Shown piece by piece: positions 48,494 to 58,329 of a stretch of DNA of 64,000 bases (positions within the stretch are counted from its first letter, which is position 1; the number at the start of each line of letters is the position of its first letter). The stretch is taken from positions 160,001 to 224,000 of the forward strand of contig CAXXGJ010000025.1 of NCBI GenBank assembly GCA_963677895.2, in the 5' to 3' direction. Under the pieces are notes generated by a model, which ran no database searches, was not told where the DNA came from, and saw only the letters and a program-made list of their open reading frames with translations. The stretch is from Treponemataceae bacterium (GTDB lineage Bacteria; Spirochaetota; Spirochaetia; Treponematales; Rectinemataceae). The position numbers and the translations under genes are program-made.

Positions 48494-50068
48494 CTATCTA
48501 ACCGCTTTGACTTTCATTTCAGCAGCCAGGATGTACTGGGTCTGCGCTGTCGACCAGTCGAGCCGCGCCGTAGTCGCATAAATCGAACCTAGCTGGAACA
48601 GATAGATAAACGGCGGGTCTTCGACCAGCTTCTTCTGCAATTCCTTGAGTAGTGGAGCCTTATCCGCCAGCTTTATGGTGGCAACTATTTTGTCGACGAG
48701 CCCGTCGTACCCCGGAATAAGGTTGTACGAACTCATACCGTTGGACCGAACGATACCGGTAAGCCATGTGTCGAGCAGCATCGGTTTTGAAGCCCAGTTC
48801 CAATCGAAGATACCGGAAATCTGCTTTTTGTTTTGACCGTTGATGACCATGCTTCGCGCGGCGCTGTCTTCGAGCGTCCTGACCGTGCAATCGATACCGA
48901 CGGCCTTCAGATAGGAAGCGACCGCCTGTGAAACCTCGATAGCCTTAGCGTGATTGCCATCGTTCGTCTGAAGCTCGATTTTGAAGCCATTTTTCAACCC
49001 AGCTTCCTCAAGCAAGGCCTTCGCCTTCGCGGGATTATATGGCAGCATTTTGATGGTCGCATCATAGGATGGAAAGTCAGTCCGGTACCAAGAAGCCAAA
49101 ACCTTGCCGTTGCCACCCATAACCTTGTCGAGGATAGTCTGTCGATCGACCGCGTAATTCATAGCCTGCCTGACCCTTACATCCTTCAGCTGCGAGTTTG
49201 GCGACCAATCCACCGTGTTGAACGCGATGTATTCGACACGCCTTGTCATCTTGCTTTCGATATTGATGTTGCCCTGAGCTTTGAGCATATTGGTAAACTC
49301 GCTATTGACATCGTAGATAATATCCACGTTGCCATTGACCAGCTCAGCAACGCGCGTGGCGGCCTCGGGGATCGCTTTGATTATATAGATGTCGACAAAG
49401 GGCTTCCCCCCCCAATAGTTCGGATTCCTTTCCAAGGTGATCTGCTGATCGTGTTTCCAGGACTTAAATACGTAAGGCCCGGTGCCTACGTAGCCTCCGG
49501 CCCCGATCGCTTGCTCGCCGACTTTTTTGGCGTTACCCGGCGCGATGATCGGCAGATCGCACAAATGATTCGGCATCATCGGATTTTCTGATGTAGTCGT
49601 GATTCGAATAGTATAGTCGTCGATGGCTTCCCAGGATCCAGCTCTATAGTAGGTTTTGAAAGCATACCCTTGCCTAGGGAACTCGGTCGACATAGCCCGG
49701 TCCAGGTTGAAACCTACCGCTTCGGCATTGAACGGCTCGCCATTCGAAAACTTGATCCCGCGATGGAGATAGAAGATCCATTCGTTATCTGATTTTTGCT
49801 CCCATTTATCTGCCAGATACGGGATCAGCTTGTCGTTGGCATCGTACGTAGTCAGCGTCTCGGCGATATTTCTGAAGACGTTCGCGCCATAATCCGCAGA
49901 CGCCCGATGAGGGTCCAGTGTCGCGGGATCGACCGGCTGAGCCAGAACAACTGTTACCGGCTTAGGTGCCGCAGCCAATTTCTGTGGCATCCCCACAGCC
50001 AGGATAGTTACGGCGTACATGGTTATCGCAATCGCAGGCGATAACATTTTCCATGTCTTGCTTTTCAT
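48494..50068 (-). CDS. Family 5 ABC substrate-binding protein
   Basis: Signal peptide, TLDPH, KFSNGEPFNAEAV, GTGPY, DVRVRQAMNYAVDR. Confidence 0.92.
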   Translation of the reverse strand: MKSKTWKMLSPAIAITMYAVTILAVGMPQKLAAAPKPVTVVLAQPVDPATLDPHRASADYGANVFRNIAETLTTYDANDKLIPYLADKWEQKSDNEWIFYLHRGIKFSNGEPFNAEAVGFNLDRAMSTEFPRQGYAFKTYYRAGSWEAIDDYTIRITTTSENPMMPNHLCDLPIIAPGNAKKVGEQAIGAGGYVGTGPYVFKSWKHDQQITLERNPNYWGGKPFVDIYIIKAIPEAATRVAELVNGNVDIIYDVNSEFTNMLKAQGNINIESKMTRRVEYIAFNTVDWSPNSQLKDVRVRQAMNYAVDRQTILDKVMGGNGKVLASWYRTDFPSYDATIKMLPYNPAKAKALLEEAGLKNGFKIELQTNDGNHAKAIEVSQAVASYLKAVGIDCTVRTLEDSAARSMVINGQNKKQISGIFDWNWASKPMLLDTWLTGIVRSNGMSSYNLIPGYDGLVDKIVATIKLADKAPLLKELQKKLVEDPPFIYLFQLGSIYATTARLDWSTAQTQYILAAEMKVKAVR

Positions 50069-50117
50069 TGCTCACCTCCTCTTTACATAAGCGTTTACAA
50101 CGCTAACCAGCCATTAA

Positions 50118-50997
50118 TCATATAGAGCCGTTACTTTGTCTGACGGCCCCCCGCAGTCTTGGATCGCGTATATCTCTCAGCCAGTCTCCGACAAAATTGA
50201 TGGATAGGCAGACGAAAAAAATCGCCAAGCCAGGAATCGTCGTCAGCCACCATGATGTAAAAATGTACTGTCGGCCCGTGGCGATCATATTGCCCCACGT
50301 CGGAATGGAAGGGGGAACGCCGAGGCCGAGGAAGGTCAAGGACGCTTCTGCCAGAATGGACGTGCCCATTTCCATAGTGGCAAGAATAATGGCCGAATCG
50401 ATGACGTTCGGCATGATGTGTTTGAGAACCACCCGCAGCTTGGTACAGCCGATGGTGTGCGAAGACTTGACGAATTCCCGCTCCTTTATGGAAAGGACCT
50501 GGGCGTGGATCATTCGGGTATAGGGAACCCAGCCCGTGATACCGAGCACGATGATTACGTTCATGAGGCTCGAGCCGAGGACGGCCATGAGGGTCAAGGC
50601 CAGAAAAAATAAACGGAAAGGACAACATCACGTCTACCATCCGCATGATGACAGTCTCTATCCATCCCCCAACGAAACCCGCCAATAATCCCAGGACGGT
50701 ACCGATAACCGATCCCACGAGGACTGCCGTAAAGCCAACAACGATTGAGACCCTCGCGCCATGCAGCAAACGGCTCAGCACATCCCGGCCCATTTCATCG
50801 GTGCCAAAAACATGCTTCAGAGAACCCCCGTTTTCCCATGAGGGAGGGATAAGCCTCTGAAGGATGTCCACTTGATCCGGTTTGCAGGGAGCGAGCAAAG
50901 GTGCGAAAAGTGCGCAGATGATCCAGAGAATGATGACGACAACACCGAACTTGGCAGTCCTCGTGCTGTTCCTGAACAACTCCGCGAATCTCTTCAC
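50118..50997 (-). pseudogene. DppC-like permease split by one extra T in a homopolymer (real frameshift or read error)
   Basis: 5' frame FGTDEMGRD..SFPFIF; 3' frame LALTLMAVLG..GDWLRD; T6 at 50604-50609, where T5 would restore the frame. Confidence 0.88.
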
Positions 50998-51008
50998 TGT
51001 TTCTCCTT

Positions 51009-51926
51009 CTAGTTATATCGAATCCTTGGATCGATGAGTATGTAGCATATGTCCGCCAGCAAATTGACCACCACAAACAGCAGGGCCATGCACAGGGCGC
51101 AAGCCTGTACGAGAGGAAAATCGTAATTCAGGATCGCGCTGACCATCAGACGACCGACGCCCGGCCAGGCGAAGACAGATTCAGTCACGACCGAGCCGCT
51201 AAGCATTTGCCCAATCTGGAGGGCTATCATGGTCACCACTGACAACAGCGCGTTCCGGAGCCCGTGGTGAATAATCACCCGGTTCTCCACCACACCCTTT
51301 GCCCGCGCAGTGGTCATGTAATCCTGTCTCATCACCTCAAGCATGGACGAGCGAGTCAAACGCGCCGTACTGGCTGCCATGCCGGCCGCCAAGGTGATCG
51401 CCGGCATAATCAGTTGCCTGAATGTGCCATAGCCCGACGGAGGCAGCCACTTGAAGACGACCGAAAAAAGCAGAATAAAAATCAGACCCAACCAGAACGT
51501 CGGCAGCGACCGGCCCGCGATCGTCACCGTCGTCACCACGTTATCGAGCAATGTGTTTCTTTTAATAGCGGACAGAATCCCCGCCCCGATCGCCAGAGGC
51601 ACCGCGATCAGCATGGCGACGCCGCTTAAAAGCAGCGTCGCCGGGAAATGCTCTTTGATGATGTCGAAGACGGGACGCGAATAGTAGAACGATTCGCCGA
51701 AGTCACCCTTTAAAATGCCAGTAATGTATATCGAGTATTGCTTGAGCAAAGGCTGGTCCAACCCAAGGATAGCCCGCATTTTGCTGAGGTCGTCAAAAGT
51801 CGCTTCCGGACTGATCAGAAGCTTTGCCGGATCACCGATGGCGCGGAGAATCACGAAGACAAGCGTTACCACAATGAATAGAACGAGAATAGTTTGCAGC
51901 AACCTACTAATCAGATACCTGACCAT
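51009..51926 (-). CDS. DppB-like permease
   Basis: GDPA, TRSSMLEV.RQDYMTTARAKG, ESVFAWPGVG, DPRIRY. Confidence 0.92.
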   Translation of the reverse strand: MVRYLISRLLQTILVLFIVVTLVFVILRAIGDPAKLLISPEATFDDLSKMRAILGLDQPLLKQYSIYITGILKGDFGESFYYSRPVFDIIKEHFPATLLLSGVAMLIAVPLAIGAGILSAIKRNTLLDNVVTTVTIAGRSLPTFWLGLIFILLFSVVFKWLPPSGYGTFRQLIMPAITLAAGMAASTARLTRSSMLEVMRQDYMTTARAKGVVENRVIIHHGLRNALLSVVTMIALQIGQMLSGSVVTESVFAWPGVGRLMVSAILNYDFPLVQACALCMALLFVVVNLLADICYILIDPRIRYN

Positions 51927-51984
51927 GCTCGACTAGCCCTTTCCTCAAGATTTAGACAGAATTGAAATTCCCTTCAGCCGGTCC

Positions 51985-52995
51985 CTAATTGTCCTTTCGA
52001 ATCGCATTTGCCCGGTTTCCCAGGATATATGCATAATCCCCCGGGTGAACCTTCGTCATAAGACCCCGCATATCTAGGAAGACCGTTTCCTCGCAGGGGG
52101 CGTGAATTTGCTCGATGACTTCCAAGGACAGAGGATTTCGGATCGTAGCCAACAAAGTCCCTTTTGGTACAATACGATTCAGGTATTCAGGACCGCACTC
52201 GGGGTAGAACATGCCGCCGTTCCTCGGCCTCAGCAGTGGTCTCTCTCTGAGCAACCACTGTGTTTTCGGCAGCTCCGGCTCACCGGGATACATCCCCATA
52301 TGCTTCATCGCATTGAAGACACCCCGAACGCTTCCGCCGACAATGTCGATTTTGAGTTCCATTCCGGCACCTACTTCAGCCACGATGGCTGGTTTACCCA
52401 GGCTTATCATGTAATCCGTGAGGGTGCCTGCGTAGGCTGCGGCCGGTCCGGCCGGTGCACCGCTATAGAGGTATTCCAAGCCATACGCGTAGCCCATATC
52501 GATCACTTTCTTCCCAATCTCGCCATCAGGGTTTTTCATCAACAAATAATTGATCGCTGTACCATATCCGCCGCCGTGCCAGTCGATGAGCGCATCTGCA
52601 TCATTGCAGAAAACGGACACAGCGGCGGCCATCTGATCCGTAAACCAGCCTTTGGGGCTGCCCGGAAAGGAGCGGTTCATATTGGCCATATCTATGGGGG
52701 TATTTCTGGAATCCCACTCAAAGCCAACCGGATTCTGGCAGGGCAGGGCAACGATGGTTCCTTTCAGCTTTTTCGGATCGGTCTTTTCAAGCACTTGCCG
52801 AATAGCCTCAAGACCGGTGATGGCATCTCCATGGCTCAACGCCGTGAGCATGAGCCGCGGCCCTTCCTGAGCGCCGTTAAGGATGTGAACCGGCAACACC
52901 ATTTCTAAGCCGCTTGCCATGGTTGTGACCGGGACAAACTTAAAAACACGTTCGCCTGAGTTAGCCTTAATTCCACGGATAGTAACAGCTGACAT
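51985..52995 (-). CDS. Succinylglutamate desuccinylase/aspartoacylase (M14) family protein, atypical
   Basis: GAQEGPRLMLTALSHGDA, NMNRSFPG, IDWHGG, AEVG, C-terminal biotinyl-lipoyl-like domain. Confidence 0.85.
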   Translation of the reverse strand: MSAVTIRGIKANSGERVFKFVPVTTMASGLEMVLPVHILNGAQEGPRLMLTALSHGDAITGLEAIRQVLEKTDPKKLKGTIVALPCQNPVGFEWDSRNTPIDMANMNRSFPGSPKGWFTDQMAAAVSVFCNDADALIDWHGGGYGTAINYLLMKNPDGEIGKKVIDMGYAYGLEYLYSGAPAGPAAAYAGTLTDYMISLGKPAIVAEVGAGMELKIDIVGGSVRGVFNAMKHMGMYPGEPELPKTQWLLRERPLLRPRNGGMFYPECGPEYLNRIVPKGTLLATIRNPLSLEVIEQIHAPCEETVFLDMRGLMTKVHPGDYAYILGNRANAIRKDN

Positions 52996-53060
52996 CGTTA
53001 TTCTCTCCTTGCCAAATGACTATTAGAAAAAACAATGAAGTGATCGGCAATATTGAGCAC

Positions 53061-53088
53061 AGTGTATCACCCGGAATTCCCCTGTCAA
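53061..53088 (-). promoter_or_regulatory. Promoter of the hydrolase/ABC operon
   Basis: TTGACA-16 nt-TACACT with TGn extension, in a very AT-rich divergent spacer. Confidence 0.55.
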
Positions 53089-53356
53089 GTGCATTATTGA
53101 TAAATATTATAATTAATACTACGTATGTTTTTTAAAAGACACACTATATATTTTATATGTAATAATTTATTAATAAAATACCCCTGTCTACAAATTGAAA
53201 AATATAAACACATCATTGGATATTCTTATAAAATGACAAAAACAAACTTTTTCTGTAAAAAATAGAGACAGACTCATAAAATTATATTATAATATGATAA
53301 GACTGATTGATTGTCGCAATGGATTCGAAAACATCTCATATGGGCGGAAAGGCGTC

Positions 53357-54298
53357 ATGAACTTCAAAGTCCTAAAATATGTGGTCACCGTAGCCGAGGA
53401 AAAAAGCTTCACCCGCGCAGCGAAGCGCCTAGCAATCTCCCAACCCTCATTGAGCCAGAACATTCAGGGGCTTGAGGTGGCTTTGGGAGTATCCTTATTC
53501 GATCGGAAATGCATGCCTTTGACCTTGACATATGCCGGCAAACTTTACGTCGAATGGGCAAAGCAGATATTGCTCTCGGAATCGCAGGTCGAACGCCGCA
53601 TCTCGACGATCTCGAAAGATCAATCACTCCGTCTCGTAGTCGGCATCGCGCCCCACAGAAGCCCTTTGATGCTTCCCAAGATTATCGGGAATCTCGCCGC
53701 GGAGTTTCCGGATTGTTCGATTGTTATTGAAGATGGCCTGATCGAAGAAGCGCTTTACGAAAAAGTGTACAATCATGAAATCGATTTACTGGTCGGCGAT
53801 ACGCAGCCAGATACGATCCGGTTTAAGAACATACCTGTGACCGAAGAAAGAATCCTTCTGGCCGTTCCATCGAGCTATAAAATCAATGGCTTTGATACCA
53901 TAAATGAAAAGGACAGTAATCCTCGAATCCATCTGGACCAACTGCGGGACTGGCCATTCATCACACTAGGGATAAAAACCTACTTGGGAGCAGCTCTGCG
54001 CAGGCTGTGCGAACAGGAGGAGTTCCTGCCGATCAACAAGATCGAATGCAACAGCGTTGCCACCGCCCATCTGCTCGTAAGCAGGGGAATTGGAATTACC
54101 ATCATCCCCGAACTGTTTATCCGGCTCAGCCCCCCCCTGCTCAACATCGACTATTTCATCATAGAGAGGAGCGACCCGCATCGGACTATGTCCATCATCT
54201 ATCGCAACGGAGATGATCTGATGAATCCGGCAAAGAGATTTATCGAGCTGTTCATGGAAATGTACCATAAAAAGAGCCCTGAGAGACCAATCTCCTAA
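53357..54298 (+). CDS. LysR family regulator
   Basis: VAEEKSFTRAAKRLAISQPSLSQ..LE..LFDR; start MNFKV. Confidence 0.92.
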   Translation: MNFKVLKYVVTVAEEKSFTRAAKRLAISQPSLSQNIQGLEVALGVSLFDRKCMPLTLTYAGKLYVEWAKQILLSESQVERRISTISKDQSLRLVVGIAPHRSPLMLPKIIGNLAAEFPDCSIVIEDGLIEEALYEKVYNHEIDLLVGDTQPDTIRFKNIPVTEERILLAVPSSYKINGFDTINEKDSNPRIHLDQLRDWPFITLGIKTYLGAALRRLCEQEEFLPINKIECNSVATAHLLVSRGIGITIIPELFIRLSPPLLNIDYFIIERSDPHRTMSIIYRNGDDLMNPAKRFIELFMEMYHKKSPERPIS

Positions 54299-54564
54299 GC
54301 TGGCGTTCTACAGCATAAGCCGGATAAGAAGAACCTCCACTTCTTAAAGATATTTTTCTTCGTAAACCTAAAATTCTTTTGATCTGCAACGCGTTTATTG
54401 GCGCGATTCTTGTATCATCTTGATTGGCCTCCTTGCTTCGTTCATAAATAGCTCAACCGCAAGAATCATGATAGAGTGTTGCCAAGTCGGAGCTGTTGTT
54501 ATACATCCCATTTATTTTATGGAAGCTTTATTAGTCTTCAATTATTCTTCAAGTGTCTGAGAAA

Positions 54565-56481
54565 TTAATCCAGTTCGCTCACCCCCATACAAAGTTCGTA
54601 GTACCGTCCCTTCTTCTCGATAAGGGATTCGTGGCTGCCGAGCTCGATTATCTCGCCGCGCTCGAGGACGGCTATCGCATCGGCCCTGCGGACCGTGGAG
54701 AGGCGATGGGCGATGACGAAAGCTGTCCGGCCCTCAAAGAGGGCATCCATGCCTCTCGCTATGAGGTGTTCGGTGCGTGTGTCTATGGAACTCGTCGCCT
54801 CGTCCAGGATGAGGACAGGCGGCGATGCCACATAGTCGCGCGCTATAGAGAGAAGCTGGCGCTGGCCCTGCGAGAGGTTGGCACCGTCTCCGCTGATCAC
54901 CGTTTCGTAACCCTCGGGCAGGCGCTCGATAAAAGAGTCGGCGCTCGCCGCACGGGCCGCGGTCACGCACTCCTCGTCTGTGGCATCGAGCCGGCCGTAA
55001 CGGATATTCTCCATGACGCTGCCGGTGAACAGATGGGTGTCCTGCAAGACCATGCCGAGAGAATGACGCAGGTCATCCTTCCGTATCCTGCGGACATCTA
55101 TATCGTCATACGTTATGCGACCCGAGTCCACGTCGTAGAAGCGGTTGAGGAGATTGGTGATCGTCGTCTTGCCCGCGCCCGTCGATCCCACGAAAGCGAT
55201 GGTCTGGCCGGGGAGAGCGTGGAGACTGAGGTTTTTCAACACGGTTTTCTTTCCGTCATACGAGAAGCACACGTTCTCGAATCGCACATCGCCTCTGAGT
55301 GGAACGAGCTCGGTCTCCCCGTTTTTGCCGCCGTCAATCGGAACGCACCACGTCCAGAGTTTTGCCTTCTCGTCCTTTTCGATGGGCACTAGATCGCCCA
55401 CCTCGTTCTTCTTTACTGCAAGAAGGGTGACGTCGCCCTCGTCGATTTCAGGTTCGCGGTCCATGACGTCGAAGATGCGTTCCGCGCCCGCAACCGCCGC
55501 GAGGATGTTATTGATCTGGCTCGTGATTTGGTTGATCGGCATGCCGACTTGACGCGAGTACTGGAGGAAGGCCGCCAAGGATCCGATATCGAAACGCCCC
55601 GCGATAGTGAGCATGCCACCGAAGACGGCCGTGCCTGCGTAGACGATGTTGTTGAGGTTGCCCATGATCGGCATGATGACTCCGGCATAGAAATTAGCCT
55701 TCGTCACCGCGACCTTGAAATTCTCGCTGATTTCGTCGAAGTCCTTCTTCATCGCCTCCTCGTGGTTGAAGACCTTGACCTCCTTCAGTCCGCCTATCGC
55801 CTCTTCTATGTTCCCGTTGAGCCGGCCGAGGAGTGCCTGCTGCTTTTGGAAATAGGTGCGGCTCTTGCCCCCGATCCTTGTACTCATGAATATCATGAGC
55901 ACGAGGACGAGGGCGGTAAACGCGAAGAGGAGGGGAGAAAGAATGACCATCATCACGATGGAACCCACGAAGGTGAGAACGCTCGACACGAGTTGGGTAA
56001 GACTTTGCTCGAGCATGAGCTGTACATTGTCCACGTCGTTCGTATAGCGACTCATGAGTTCGCCGTGAGTATTCGTATCAAAGAACTTGAGCGGCAAGGC
56101 CTGCATTTTGCCGAATAATTCCCCGCGAATGATGTTCGTCGTGCGTTGCGCGAGGCGTATCGTGAGTCTCGACTGCAGGTAGGAGGCCGCGACTCCGACC
56201 AGATAGATGCATCCAAGCCCCAAAAGGGCGCCCGCGAGTCCCGCGAAGTCGCCGGGGATGATGTACTGGTTGATGAGCGGCTTCAAAAAATAAGAACCCG
56301 CGAGCATCGAAGCCGAGCTCAGGAAAAGCAGTACGAGAACGAGAGCTACGAGGACCTTGCTCTTGTCGAGATACTTGAGGAGACGGCTAAGGCTTGCCAT
56401 AAAGCTCTTGGGCCGCTCGTAGCTGCGCGGGCCTGCGCCGGGTCCCCGGGACGCGGGCGATGCTTGTTTGTTTTCCGCCAT
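54565..56481 (-). CDS. Heterodimeric ABC exporter subunit (canonical DE and H-switch)
   Basis: TMD + NBD, GSTGAGKT, LSQGQRQ, LDEATS, AHR. Confidence 0.93.
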   Translation of the reverse strand: MAENKQASPASRGPGAGPRSYERPKSFMASLSRLLKYLDKSKVLVALVLVLLFLSSASMLAGSYFLKPLINQYIIPGDFAGLAGALLGLGCIYLVGVAASYLQSRLTIRLAQRTTNIIRGELFGKMQALPLKFFDTNTHGELMSRYTNDVDNVQLMLEQSLTQLVSSVLTFVGSIVMMVILSPLLFAFTALVLVLMIFMSTRIGGKSRTYFQKQQALLGRLNGNIEEAIGGLKEVKVFNHEEAMKKDFDEISENFKVAVTKANFYAGVIMPIMGNLNNIVYAGTAVFGGMLTIAGRFDIGSLAAFLQYSRQVGMPINQITSQINNILAAVAGAERIFDVMDREPEIDEGDVTLLAVKKNEVGDLVPIEKDEKAKLWTWCVPIDGGKNGETELVPLRGDVRFENVCFSYDGKKTVLKNLSLHALPGQTIAFVGSTGAGKTTITNLLNRFYDVDSGRITYDDIDVRRIRKDDLRHSLGMVLQDTHLFTGSVMENIRYGRLDATDEECVTAARAASADSFIERLPEGYETVISGDGANLSQGQRQLLSIARDYVASPPVLILDEATSSIDTRTEHLIARGMDALFEGRTAFVIAHRLSTVRRADAIAVLERGEIIELGSHESLIEKKGRYYELCMGVSELD

Positions 56482-58226
56482 TATGCTGAAAGTCCTTCCT
56501 GCTGTGATAAGCAGATCTCACGATAGATTGCGTTGTTCGAAAGAAGATCCTCGTGCGTCCCAACGCCTACTATCTTGCCATCGTCGAGTACGATGATTTT
56601 GTCTGCGTCCCGCACAGAGCTGATGCGTTGGGCGATCATGAGGATCGTCGTGCCTTTGAGCCCCTGCGTGAAGGCCGCCCTGATTTTTGTCTCGGTCGCT
56701 GTGTCCACCGCGCTCGTAGAATCATCGAGAATGAGAATGGCTGGTTTTTTGAGCATGGCCCTCGCGATGCAGAGACGCTGCTTTTGGCCGCCCGAGATGT
56801 TGACACCTCCCTGGCCGAGTTCTGTCGCATAGCCTTCAGGGAAGCTTCGAACGAAGTCATCCGCTTGGGCGTTCCGCGCCGCCTCGGCGACCTTTTCCTC
56901 GCTCGCATTTTTATCACCCCAAAGGAGATTCTCCCTGATGCTGCCAGAAAAGAGGACATTCTTTTGGAGGACCACACCGACGCCGGAGCGCAGATTCTCT
57001 ATCCGGTAGTCGCGCACATCGACGTCGTCGACGAGAACCTGTCCAGCCGTCACGTCATAGAGACGTGGAATGAGACTCACGAGGCTGGTTTTGCCGGAGC
57101 CCGTGCCTCCCACAATGGCGACAAACTCCCCGGGCTCGATGGTGAGATTTATGCGCGACAACACGTTATGCGCCTTTGCCTCGGCACCGTATTTGAAATC
57201 AACGTCTCTGAATTCGATGCGTCCCTTGCGCACCAGGCCCCCCCCTTCCCCGCTCGGGGGAAGGGCCCTGTCGCTGATGTCTATCCTGGTATCGAGCACC
57301 TCGACGATGCGTTTCCCGCAAGCCTCAGCTCGGGCAAAAAGGATGAAAACCATGGAAAACATCATGACGCTGAACAGTATTTCCATAAGATAGCTGATGA
57401 AGCTGATGAGAGCGCCAGTCCCCATGCCGCCTGCGTGGACCATCCTGCCGCCAGCCCAGATCACGGCGATCATTGCTCCGTTCATCACGAATATCATGAG
57501 AGGCATCATCATGCTGATGAGATTGCCGGCGTTTATGGCGGATTGGGTGAGTTCGTCGTTGGATTTTTTGAACTTGATCTTTTCGTGAGCCTCGCGGACG
57601 AAGGCCTTGACCACGCGGATGGCGACGAGGTTTTCCTGCACCGTCCCGTTGAGAGCGTCGATCTTCCGCTGCATGGCGGAGAAGAGACGTTCCGCCGTCC
57701 GAAGCACGAGGATGATGCCGATGACGAGAAGGGGGATGGCCACGACAATGACGAGGGAGAGCCTCGCATTGATGCTCACGGCGAAAATGATGGCCGCGAT
57801 AAGCATCAAGGGCGCCCTAAGGAGCATCCTGAGACACATGAGCAGCGTGTTCTGCAGTTGCGTCACGTCGCTTGTGAGCCGTGTCACGAGGGAGGGCGCG
57901 CTGAAACGGTCGATGTTGGAGAAGGAAAAAGCTTGGATCTTGTCGAAAAGGGCCTTCCTCAGGTTAGCCGCAAACCCCTGGCTCGCCTCCGCCGAAAATT
58001 TCGCATTGAGCACTCCGATCGCAATACAGAGGAGAGCTAGGGCGACCATTCCCATCCCTATCCTGCTGATGTAGGAAATATCCTTCGTCGCGACTCCTAC
58101 ATCCACGATCTTGGCCATTAGCATGGGCATGAGCATGGTGCAGGTGACGTCGCCCATCATGAGGCCGACACAGACCAGGATGTGCTTCTTGTACTTCCCA
58201 AGATGTGCATAAAGCGTTCGTATCAC
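56481..58226 (-). CDS. Heterodimeric ABC exporter subunit (degenerate site)
   Basis: TMD + NBD, GGTGSGKT, ISGGQKQ, LDDSTS, AQR; TM287/288-type asymmetry. Confidence 0.93.
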   Translation of the reverse strand: MIRTLYAHLGKYKKHILVCVGLMMGDVTCTMLMPMLMAKIVDVGVATKDISYISRIGMGMVALALLCIAIGVLNAKFSAEASQGFAANLRKALFDKIQAFSFSNIDRFSAPSLVTRLTSDVTQLQNTLLMCLRMLLRAPLMLIAAIIFAVSINARLSLVIVVAIPLLVIGIILVLRTAERLFSAMQRKIDALNGTVQENLVAIRVVKAFVREAHEKIKFKKSNDELTQSAINAGNLISMMMPLMIFVMNGAMIAVIWAGGRMVHAGGMGTGALISFISYLMEILFSVMMFSMVFILFARAEACGKRIVEVLDTRIDISDRALPPSGEGGGLVRKGRIEFRDVDFKYGAEAKAHNVLSRINLTIEPGEFVAIVGGTGSGKTSLVSLIPRLYDVTAGQVLVDDVDVRDYRIENLRSGVGVVLQKNVLFSGSIRENLLWGDKNASEEKVAEAARNAQADDFVRSFPEGYATELGQGGVNISGGQKQRLCIARAMLKKPAILILDDSTSAVDTATETKIRAAFTQGLKGTTILMIAQRISSVRDADKIIVLDDGKIVGVGTHEDLLSNNAIYREICLSQQEGLSA

Positions 58227-58329
58227 AGTTTTTCATTCTCCTTCAGATCATTCGGAAACTGGGCGCCCATGGCCATTTGAGGAAATCTCATTAGCTTGGT
58301 AGCGTCGTCACTCGCGCAGGGGGCTTCAG

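Noticed and set aside
53090..53300. Very AT-rich stretch as a replication origin or ncRNA
   Set aside because: No DnaA boxes, iterons or stable structure seen; explained as the divergent LysR promoter region
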